Of a stretch of 64,000 nt of DNA, positions 48,901-59,200 are shown piece after piece. The stretch comes from Phoronis australis (taxonomy: Eukaryota > Animalia > Phoronida): positions 212,772 through 276,771 of the forward strand of contig NMRA01000305.1 in assembly GCA_002633005.1 (NCBI GenBank), given 5' to 3'. The translations under genes and the position numbers were made by a program. Every line of letters starts with the position of its first letter. Within the stretch, counting starts at the first letter, position 1. The notes under the pieces were generated by a model, which saw nothing but the letters and a program-made list of their open reading frames with translations, was not told the DNA's origin and did not search any database.

Positions 48901-51696
48901 TCAAGTAAAGATTCAGTCAAGTCGAGTGATGACCCTCAGCCTCAGCCTCTCACCCACAGGACACTGGCGTCGCTGCGTTCCTCAGGCCATGAACGTGACC
49001 CTCTAGGCTCATCCATGAACAGTACAGCGTCTCGCATGAGCATCAGTAAGAAGTCCCTGAGAGAAATACCAAAAACAGACGCTAGGTTGTCACAGGTGTG
49101 TCAAGATTACAAAAACAATAATTTATTAAAAGTACAATGTCAGGTGCTTCTTTCCCTGGCTGTGGTCTTGCTTTTTAATTGTTATTCACGCCATTCAAAA
49201 TTCATTTGAAGTTAAAAATTTCATGGTTTTGCACAAGTCATTAGTGAGGCATATGCTTGTGGCTCATTGTTTACCCTAGCCTTGATGTTTAATAATTTGA
49301 CACATTTTAGAAATTAGAATGCCTCGGACGGTGTAAATTTTTAGTTTCCCTACTGAATGTTGGTTTGGTTGTCACTCGTAACAATGCTTGTTTAGAATGT
49401 GGTCACAAATTTGTATCTACCCAAAACTGCAAGTGAATTCTTTATCAAAATGGACAAATTGAGGACTAATCGTCTTTGTCTTATTTTAGCAACTGAAGCC
49501 TTACGATGCCACAAAGTACCAGATGGCTGATCTCTCCGAGTCTTTTGAAGCCAACATGTTGCTGAGTTTGAAGAGACAACAGGAAAATGATGAAGATGAC
49601 GATGGTTCCCATAACAACACTGGTAACCAGGACGACAGTGGTAACCATGGTAACAGCAACCTTGCCCAGCATGAGTTTGGAGACGATGCTATGAGCAGTT
49701 CCAGTGATGACACATCTTATAGCACATGGAGGGGGCCGGTAGGTTTGGGCGTAGCAGGTTCAGTGTTAGCCTTACGATGCTGTGCTTTGATCACAAAAGT
49801 TACAAAAACTGACCTGAAATACTCAAGTGGGTTTGAGGTAATAGAATTTCCCCGTTTTACTGAACTAAATCCATTAGAACATTAAATATGTTGGTATTTA
49901 TACTGAGCTTTTTTAGTACATTCCATGTTGCCTATTGGTTGGAATGCCTTGGTCACACATGACTGCAACATGCTTCCATTGGTTGGAATGCCTTTATCAC
50001 ATGACTTTGGTATGATTCCATTGGTTGGAATGCCTTGATCACATGATGCAGTGTGTGTTCCATTCCAGGCTCCTGCTCTCCTGTCTCATCATTATCAAGA
50101 TGAGATGCATTTACCGGCGTCAAGTCTCAGCAATGATCCCCTGAATACGTCTAACCCCAGGTGAGTGTTGATATGTCACAGCGCCCTGCCCACCTCGAGT
50201 TTCAGTAATGATCTATTGCCCCTATCTACAAAGTTTCACCAATTATGCCCCGAATATCTTCAACCCCTGGTGAGTGCCCTTACATCACTGCCCCCTGCCC
50301 ACCTCCCAAGTTTCAGTAATGATCTCCTGAAAACACCCAACCCCAGGTGAGTGCCCCTACATCACTGGCCCCTGCCCACTTCAAGTGTCAGTAACAATTC
50401 TCTGTAAATATCCAACCCCTGGTTAAATCTCCTACGTCACTGCCCACTGCCCACCTCAAGCCTCAGATACTGACTTCATTCTGTTAGAGGTTTTTGGTAC
50501 ACGGAAGCATTAAGTCTGGTTTACACGCCACCTATTTGCCACACCACATGACCTTGTGAAATAGAAGTCTGAAGAAATTTCTACCCCAACCAATAGGTGG
50601 CGTGCGGCAGACTTAAAACATATTTGTGATCTATATTTCCATGCCAGTTTAAGATTTTCATGTTCATTTAGTATTTGGCCAAATAAAAGTTAGAAGTGGA
50701 AAATAAAAACTTAAACGTTGTTTTTGTTTTCCACTTATTTACATGATATTCATGTACTTCCTGATTTGTTGAATACATTTTGTTTGACATCTGTTGGATA
50801 TCTGAAGTTGTCAATTAAAATTAAACATAAATACGAAATGAAAGGTATTGTGGTGTTATTATATATATATTAAGTATTACTGTTGTACTAAAATTTATGT
50901 GTATGCTTTCAGGGACTGGACTGGTGTCTTCAGTCCCCCCATTGTGTTGCCCAGCGACATGGCTCACACGCATGACTTGAATGCTCACCCTTTGGAGCTC
51001 AAGTCACCACGGAAACATTCCCCAGGTAGGAACACCCTAAAGGCTACCGAATATTACATCATGTTCTACTATGTCTGATATTTACGAATAATTATACACC
51101 CTGTGTCATTGAGTAGTTGATGACAAAAACAGGGACGTTCTGTGATCCATTTGATGCTGTGTTTGCATCCGGAAACCCACCATTTATTAATTAAAATGCA
51201 AAATTATGGCTTCTCATCGTAATATCTAGAATGGCATCGATGATACACATGTACGCAACGAATGGAGGCAATTTGTCTGAAGAATAATTTCATATTTTTT
51301 ATCAATTATATCAATGTAAATTCGCTGTGAGTGTACAGTGTGTGATACAGGTTTAATTTATTGTTATAATTTCAAATTGCAAAATTCAAATCTAATTACC
51401 TTTCTCAATCTGCCTTTATGCTTCATAGTCAACTTCATTATTTGCCAAATAAACGCAAATCCTTGTTTCATGTTGTAGACATGGTTTCGTGTGCTGTACA
51501 TGGTGTGTACGCTGCTGTCGTTAATTCCTCGTCGCATTTGTCTTTTGTTTCAGACTCCCGCCCCCGAGGCCGCCAGCCCAGCCAGGGGGACCATGCTAAG
51601 GACACAGACAGTGAAGACGAGCTTGATCTTTTGTATGACCCTTGCCTCAACTGTTACTTTGACCCCAAAACGTGTAAATACTACGAGTTGGTGTGA
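33988..51696 (+). CDS. CFAP20DC: CFAP20 domain-containing protein (C3orf67 orthologue), 19 exons, ~953 aa
   Basis: Exons 33988-34008, 35073-35153, 36405-36498, 37155-37227, 37824-37938, 39011-39167, 40645-40821, 41135-41250, 41957-42005, 42720-42854 (dup 44735-44869), 43494-43661 (dup 45554-45721), 46603-46776, 47370-47490, 48057-48168, 48424-49095, 49490-49738, 50069-50160, 50913-51025, 51554-51696; sum 2862 nt. The N-terminus MFKNDFQGGPYFEILSAQGK...YDKEVKSYVFTLEG...QRFLVLQIFVP...DLGNNKRRL...TPLHGKLPL...WLNLAIDM...SANCKIRKVFTMK, the internal HIAFGSKV and the C-terminus [24 protein letters not shown] match C3orf67/CFAP20DC as recalled. Confidence 0.93.
36133..36413 (+). repeat. 46-bp minisatellite x6 overlapping the acceptor of CFAP20DC exon 3
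   Basis: Unit GCGTTGAGTTTATGGCCATCACAATCTCTTTATTCAG|GTGTATGAT. The last copy supplies the real AG (36403-36404). Confidence 0.93.
37286..37344. repeat. Perfect 18-bp inverted repeat (hairpin), with degenerate relatives nearby
   Basis: CATTTTGAGAACCAGTTT...AAACTGGTTCTCAAAATG. Related sequences at ~36055-36106 and ~36608-36658. Confidence 0.75.
39122..39856 (+). repeat. 50-bp near-perfect minisatellite x14.7 overlapping the donor of CFAP20DC exon 6
   Basis: Unit GTGTTCACTATGAAGGTACAGCCCAGTGATACTACTGATGATGATG|GTAA. The first copy is coding (VFTMKVQPSDTTDDD). Confidence 0.97.
42548..46469. repeat. ~1.9-kb tandem duplication separated by an N gap (44390-44561)
   Basis: 42548-44389 resembles 44562-46469, including two CFAP20DC exons. 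Confidence 0.92.
49933..50065 (+). repeat. ~42-bp tandem repeat x3 abutting the acceptor of CFAP20DC exon 50069
   Basis: (C/T)ATTGGTTGGAATGCCTT..TCACATGA occurs three times. A fourth unit start (TTCCATT) runs into TTCCAG|. Confidence 0.8.
50120..50462 (+). repeat. Degenerate ~76-bp repeat x4 copying the 3' end and donor of CFAP20DC exon 50069-50160
   Basis: AACCCCAG|GTGAGT (50161), AACCCCTG|GTGAGT (~50270), AACCCCAG|GTGAGT (~50347), AACCCCTG|GTTAAA (~50422). Shared CAGYAAYGAT and CCCTGCCCACCTC blocks. Confidence 0.8.
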
Positions 51697-54083
51697 CACG
51701 TGACGGGCCGAGTGCACGCTGGCTGAAAGTGTGTACAAGCCAACTCTGTGTGTGTGTGTATCTGCACACAGTATATATTGAAAAACAAGCTACAGTAGAA
51801 GTGTTCTGTTGCTTGTGAGGTCGTTTGACTGCTCACAAAATTACACTGTTGTGAAAAGTGTATGAAGGGATATGCACTGTGAATTGCAGGAATGCCAGCT
51901 ACTTGCAACACAGCTGCTATAAGTTCTTGTTTGGTAAGGAGCAAGTCGGAAACCAGAAGTGATTTGGACGAAGAGGTGCATGAATACTTTGAAAAGATGC
52001 CTTCCCATAAATTTTTGCTCTGGGATATGTGCACTTAACTTATCATATGTTTGTAGAAATTGTGACAGCGACTTCCAATTGTAACTGGGTTGATCCATGT
52101 TTCTTGCCTTGCTGTACGAGATGCCCGCATGTATTTATGATTTGCCGTCTAACCATTTATAGAGTTGAATGTTTTCCAAAGGCTTGGACATCATACAAAT
52201 CTGTTCAATCATGCCGTCCTTTTTATATTCAATTATAAATTTTATCTGTGTGCATTTCTACTTGACTTTGTTTCTATGGTTACGCAATGCANTGTTTTAC
52301 ACGCCACCTATTTGCCACATCACATGACCTTGTGAAATAGAAGTCTGAAGAGATTTCTACCCCAACCAATAGGTGGCGTGCGGCAGACTTAAAACATATT
52401 TGTGATCTATATTTCCATGCCAGTTTAAGATTTTCATATTCATTTAGTATTTGGCCAAATAAAAGTTAGAAGTGGAAAATAAAAACTCAAACGTTGTTTT
52501 TGTTTTCCACTTCTTATTTACATGATATTCATGTACTTCCTGATTGTTGAATACATTTTGTTTGACATCTGTTGGATATCTGAAGTTGTCAATTAAAAAT
52601 AAACATAAATACGAAATGAAAGGTATTGTGGTGTTATAACTAATTCGTTTTTTAATCGTTTATTAAGTATTACTGTTGTACTAAAATTTATGTGTATGCT
52701 TTCAGGGACTGGACTGGTGTCTTCAGTCCCCCCATTGTGTTGCCTAGCGACATGGCTCACACGCATGACTTCAATGCTCACCCTTTGGAGCTCAAGTCAC
52801 CACGGAAACATTCCCCAGGTAGGAACACCCTAAAGGCTACCGAATATTACATCATGTTCTACTATGTCTGATATTTACGAATAATTATACACCCTGTGTC
52901 ATTGAGAAGTTAATGACAAAAAACAGGGACGTTCTTTGATCCATTTGATGCTGTGTTTGCATCCGGAAACCCACCATTTATTAATTAAAATGCAAAATGA
53001 TGGCTTCTCATCATAATATCTGGAATGGCATCGATGATACACATGTACGCAACGAAATGAGACAAGTTGTCTGAAGAATAATTTCATATTTTGTATCAAT
53101 TATATCAATGTAAATTCGCTGTGAGTGTACAGTGTGTGATACAGGTTTAATTTATTGTTATAATTTCAAATTGCAAAATTCAAATCTAATCACCTTTGTC
53201 AATCTGCCTTTATGCTTCATAGTCAACTTCATTATTTGCCAAATAAATGCAAATCCTTGTTTCATGTTGTAGACATGGTTTCGTGTGTTGTACATGGTGT
53301 GTACGCTGCTGTCGTTAATTCCTCATTGCATTTGTCTTTTGTTTCAGACTCCCGCCCCCGAGGCCGCCAGCCCAGCCAGGGGGACCAGGGTAAGGACACA
53401 GACAGTGAAGACGAGCTTGATCTTTTGTATGACCCTTGCCTCAACTGTTACTTTGACCCCAAAACGTGTAAATACTACGAGTTGGTGTGACACGTGACGG
53501 GCCGAGTGCACACTGGCTGAAAGTGTGTACAAGTCAACTCTGTGTGTGTGTGTCTGCGCACAGTATATATTGAAAAACAAGCTACAGTAGAAGTGTTCTG
53601 TTGCTTGTGAGGTCGTTTGACTGCTCACAAAATTACACTGTTGTGAAAAGTGTATGAAGGGATATGTACTGTGAATTGCAGGAATGCCAGCTACTTGCAA
53701 CACAGCTGCTATAAGTTCTTGTTTGGTAAGGAGCAAGTCGGAAACCAGAAGTGATTTGGACGAAGAGGTGCATGAATACTTTGAAAAGATGCCTTCCCAT
53801 AAATTTTTGCTCTGGGATATGTGCACTTAACTTATCATATGTTTGTAGAAATTGTGACAGCGACTTCCAATTGTAACTGGGTTGATCCATGTTTCTTGCC
53901 TGGCTGTACGAGATGCCCGCATGTATTTATAATTTGCCGTCTAACCATTTATAGAGTTGAATGTTTTCCAAAGGCTTGGACATCATACAAATCTGTTCAA
54001 TCATGCCGTCCTTTTTATATTCAATTATAAATTTTATCTGTGTGCATTTCTACTTGACTTTGTTTCTATGGTTACGCAATGCA
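50519..54083. repeat. ~1.78-kb tandem duplication joined at a single N (52292)
   Basis: 50519-52291 resembles 52293-54083, including the last two CFAP20DC exons and the 3' UTR. Confidence 0.92.
52706..53490 (+). CDS. CFAP20DC: Second copy of the last two CFAP20DC coding exons (probable alternate haplotype)
   Basis: Exons ~52706-52818 and 53348-53490 lie inside the block 52293-54083, which repeats 50519-52291 across a single N. Amino-acid differences include DLN/DFN and DHAKD/DQGKD. Confidence 0.75.
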
Positions 54084-54106
54084 GCTGTGATGAGTGTTGA
54101 ATCAAT

Positions 54107-54646
54107 ATGGCCGTCCCGGAATACACAGCGACACTAGAATCTCGCTGTATTTACCCACAATGCCATAAGCATCCGTCTGGCACATTTGTTGCTTTGTTTT
54201 CGTGCCATTGGAGTTCCACGTGTTCTTTGTTGTTGTCCGATTCGATTCTTTGCAAGTTTTTCTCGGCGGCATTACTCTCTTCGTCCTTCCAGTGCTAACA
54301 AAGTATTACAGTACTGATCCTACGAGAGAATGTTTGATCAACTGGATCCGTGATGTGAAGATTTTGCCTTCCCAAAATCAGGGAGAGACAAGAACTGAAA
54401 TGAAAAGCGAGTGGGTAAAACAAGTTTGTCGGGTTAATTTTGAATCAAGCAGAATTCCCTTTCTTGAAGACAGCCATTCAATTCCGCTACTGAATGGTTG
54501 AAATAGGGAATATTTCCACAGCTGTACAACTCGCTGGTCTCTGATATCATCTGCAAAAACACGCCACATTTCCAAAACGAGGTCACACGTTTTCTTATCT
54601 CCAGGACAAAGAAGAGTGCTATTGCCGTGTAATCCGGGATGGCCCT
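54107..54646 (-). mobile_element. Same MITE family as 522-1080; copy 2, opposite orientation
   Basis: Ends AT|ATGGCCGTCCCGGAATACAC ... GTGTAATCCGGGATGGCCCT|AT. Shares internal motifs with copy 1 (GGCATTGTGGGTAAATAC, AACTCCAATGGC, GGAGATAAGAAA). Confidence 0.75.
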
Positions 54647-55460
54647 ATTGAGATGAAGAATGGTTTGATATTGTCATTGTGTAATTGTTGGTTTAAAGTG
54701 ATGTTGTTGCTAATAAAACCGTAAAGCCTGCATTTTACCAGTTTAAAGTCCTGTCCACACGCAGACTTGTCCTAGAACAACTTGCACTGGGGGCAACTTT
54801 CCCCATTTTTTAGTGGAGCGCCCACACACACACATAACTGATAACTAGGGCTAGGCGGAAGTTGTTGCTCTTTGCATGACAATGAACAGCTGGTGCTATT
54901 ACCGTGCGAAAAAGATCCATCTGTATATAACGGCAGATTTTTACTTACACTTTGTCCCACATTTGTGTTCACACAGTGGCGCGTTTCTCTAGACCCAAGT
55001 TACCCTGCCTCGCTAAGGAGGAGTAAGCTGTTACAAGAGGAGTTAGTTGCACTAAATTTAAATAGCATCCAGACAGCCCCCAGCGATAACTCATTCCAGG
55101 AGTAAGTTGTTCTGTAAGTCTGTGTGGACAGCACTTACAACATATTTATTAACTACAAATTCAATTTACAGAAACACGTACATTAATGACCCACGTAGTG
55201 GTGATTAGGTCAAGTCAAAATGGCAAAGTTCAAACTAGAATAGATCAAGTTTGCGACTGCACATTTTGCTATTGGAGCAATCAATGAACTCCATTGAATC
55301 CATTCTTTTAGTGTAGTCAGGAATGCTTAATTGTCCAATCCCAAATCCGAAAAGGATTCCACCCCAGACACGGTTTTCAAAGACGGCACTCCATGGGGTT
55401 TATCGACAACAAGCTCGTGACAAAACATCAAACATTCGTTGAGTACTAATATGTAGAATA

Positions 55461-55635
55461 CAGTAAAACTGGCTCATGTCTGATCTAACATGACTGGGAG
55501 ATTTTATGACAGTAAGGGGAATTCTGACCTATTTGACAGGGTGATTGCACGGAATAGAACAACTGTACCGTGGAACTTAGTCCGAGTTGAGGGAAAATCG
55601 AACTTGAGCGTGTCAGACTCGTGCGAGTTTTACTG
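55461..55635. mobile_element. Tc1/mariner-type MITE with TA TSD
   Basis: TA|CAGTAAAACTGGCTCATGTCTGA ... TCAGACTCGTGCGAGTTTTACTG|TA. Confidence 0.75.
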
Positions 55636-56288
55636 TACTTTCAAATGAGATGAAACAAATGTACAGAGCACCCAACTGACATTGATGACATTAAGCAATA
55701 CAATACCGCCAATGCATAAGAGTCATGAACTACTATTAAGATTGTTAGATGGCCTTGGTTGCTTGTCCTGATGATGATTGAAAAATTGAAACATGTTGAA
55801 ATTGAAAAATCTTGTTTCTATCATAATAGCAACAAATCAGGATAACAACATTTGTTTGCATACATCATTCCATTCAACAAGACCCGTCGCCAACTGTATT
55901 GCGTACGAGTTGATTTCGTTACAGCAAATTTACCCTTGTAAACTCCTGCGAGGGTTCATTATCATACAGTTCATAAATTTATCAGGACGGTGCAGTACAG
56001 GTATTTAAACAAAACCGTTCATTAAGTGCACAGTAGATTAACGCAAGTCTTCAAGGAGCCACCTAAGTTCATGAAACGACATCAGTTTTGCCTTGTGAGA
56101 TATCGCCACGCATTACAACCTAATCATGTGATTGCAACAACTTGCGAAATTCTTGCATCTATGTAATGCAGCCCCGGGTTGTGCCCCTCATGACTCCGTC
56201 TACATTTTGATCGTGAGGATTTTCCTCACTGTGGATCCACAATCCAGCTAGCATACCCCACCTCCACCTGTTGGTAGGCTGTTGCTTA

Positions 56289-59200
56289 TCACCTGACTGT
56301 GGTCTCGTACTGATAGATGTCAATAATGTCACTGACAATGGACTTGATGATGTCAATGGTGATGTCATCAGATAGGGCCTGAAACAAGAAACCAGGAAAT
56401 AATAAGAGCATCCAGAAAAATGGCTGTCGGTCTTAAATTATGCAATGTATGCAGTTTTAGATACAGAAACTCTCAGAAAGGCAAAACAAAAAGGGATTGA
56501 TTACTGTTATTCTTACGACGCCTAATATCTGCTGTCTGACAGACGTCTGATCAAGTGCCACATAAAATTCACACATGAACATCGAATTAGAGTGCAGAAC
56601 ACACAATACGGGTTCCTGTTTATTTGCAGACCGAGATAGAAAAATGCATTGCGTAATCAACCTACTTTTCAAAATGTCAATCACCCTTCAGTTTAATAAG
56701 TCTTAGAGAAGAACATTGCCATGCACCATTGTAACTCAAAATGCAACAATGCAAGTTTGTCTGCACTACAACGATGAATTACTTAAGGACACGAGATAGG
56801 GACTAGTCTAGTACATTAAATTGCATGTGAAGAAGCAGGACAAGTGCATTGTTGCTTAATATCTTAGAATGAGAGTGGTGCTGTACTATTTCAGGATGGG
56901 CCTATAAGTTTACAAACTACACAAAGCCAAGTCTCCACTCACCTGCCACCATTTGGTCTGAGACTCCCTGTCGTACGGAACTGGTATTCCATGACACTCC
57001 ATGGCTAGAAATATCACACTAACTGCAATGTGCTCAGCCCTGTACTTCAGGCAGATGTCACCATGGTAACTGTCTCTAAGCAACGACCAAGCAGTCTGGG
57101 AGAGACTGGGCGTCAGTTTCTCAACACTGGTGTCAATCCAGTTTGACAGGGTGGTCAAGTAGTGCAACATGAACTGGAAGGACATGAACAACGTGGAATA
57201 CAGAGACCGAGTATGATCAGATTATGAACAATGTAGGTTACAGGGACAGAGTATGATCAGAACATGAACAATTTAGGTTACAGGACTGGGTATGATCAAA
57301 GCATGAACAACCTAGGTTACAGGGACTGAGTATGATCAGACCATGAACAATGTAGGTAACAGGACCAAGTATGATAGAGTATGATCAGACCATGGACGAC
57401 CTAGGTAACAGAGACCGAATAGGAACAGACCATGAACAACCTAGGTTGCACAGAACAAGTATTATCAGATCAAGAACAATGAAGGTTACAGGACCTAGTA
57501 GGTTACGGGGACCGGGTATGATCAAAGCATGAACAGAGACCAGTTATGATAAGAATATGCTCCATGAAAGCATAATCATGATGGAAGACGCTCCAAATTA
57601 TCATAATTTCAGAGACAAGTTTACAGGCACTTTTAAATATTGTCACAAATATAATTTAAGGGAAAACTCAGATAATGTGTTACTAATGAGCAAAATGAGC
57701 AAACCAAGAAAACAATTTAGGCAAATTGTGAAGGCACGAGTGCTCAGTGATGATCAGACCTCACAGGGATGTTCAAATAGAAACATACAAGTAATTACAT
57801 GTGGACTTTGATTGATGAACATGCAGATGTTAGAAAGTGAGTGCTCAACAGTGAATTGACACTATCAGGAGGTTGTTGTTATGTGTCTGAGTGATGAACT
57901 AACCTTATGAGGGTGGTAGAAAGACACTTGGAACTTGAGCGCTCTCATTAAAAATAGTTCAGTGTTGGCCACGGCATCCCTGAATGACCAGTACTTCTCA
58001 CCAATGTCCAGTGGGTCACTGTTTGGATGTAGCGTCCTGGCCAACATAGGGAAGAAGACCGTGAAACCATATATGTACATATTACCTGGTAGGTCGTGGC
58101 CTCAAAATCAATTCTATGTTATAGGGAACTGTTACTACGAAGAGACGTAGATTGCCAAATAATTTTACTTTTTTATTGCTAAATAATTGGACCAATCTCT
58201 AAGATTGTCAAAAACAAATTGGTTATCGGCATTTCTGCCGTTTTCCCAGAACGTTTCTGAACAACTTGACCTTAAAAGGATACCAAACACGGTTTTCGCC
58301 AATTAAAAGATATTAAAAACGACTTTGCCACCAATTCTCCAAGACAAAGTAATGTCTGTAACCCTTGACAACCCTCAAAAGTTTGTAGGAAAATTTGAAA
58401 ACTCCTTTCAAAGTCTGCTAAGTAGGCAAGCGTGACCTACGCTTTTAGCGAGTTAGGCGCCATCTGTGGGAAAAACCACCCACCAAGAACTATCCAATCT
58501 GAGACAAAGGAAGTATGAATACTTAGTTATTTCCAGCTATATATTTCAAGATTGACACCAATGATGCCTTATTAAGTGACAAAACGAGGATAGGTTGAAA
58601 TCATTAGAACAGGGCTTAGTATCCTTTTAAGAATATACACAGCATAGCATTCAAGTGTATTGACTTCACAAAAGAATCCTGTCCAAAACCAGCATCACAC
58701 AGTGTAATTGTCAAGATTCGGGTAACAATGCCTTTGTACAAGCTGATTAATTTCACAATTAATGCACCTTTTGGGTCTACAGCACACTAACGGAAATGAG
58801 TGGACAGCCTGTTTTTGCATAATATGGTATTCATACAATTTGTTATACTCTCGAATGTTAATCTACTCATCTCACCTGTGGCTCACATTGATGACATCTC
58901 TCAGCTTGAGGTGTTCTTCTTCCACCTTTCCAGCCAAATAAATGGCTGTCGTCGCCATCAACTACAACGTTAACACAATACAGAGCTAACACAAGCTTCC
59001 TATCTCCCACGAACAACAGTACAGTTCAGAAATACAATTTCGTTTTCTAAAAATAAATCAAATAGTTTTCCTACATGATACCGTTATGTTGGAGAAAATT
59101 TGAATTTAGTGACTACTGGCAGGCTCAGAATGACTAACCAGTCAATACTAATCACCTCACAGACTAAACCGTCTCCCATTACTGCCACCTGGTGGTAGAA

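Noticed and set aside
54378-54575. ORF 'MEMWRVFADDIRDQ' resembling a cyclin Q C-terminus
   Set aside because: It lies within the 54107-54646 MITE. A better final exon with a strong acceptor exists at 56378-56289.
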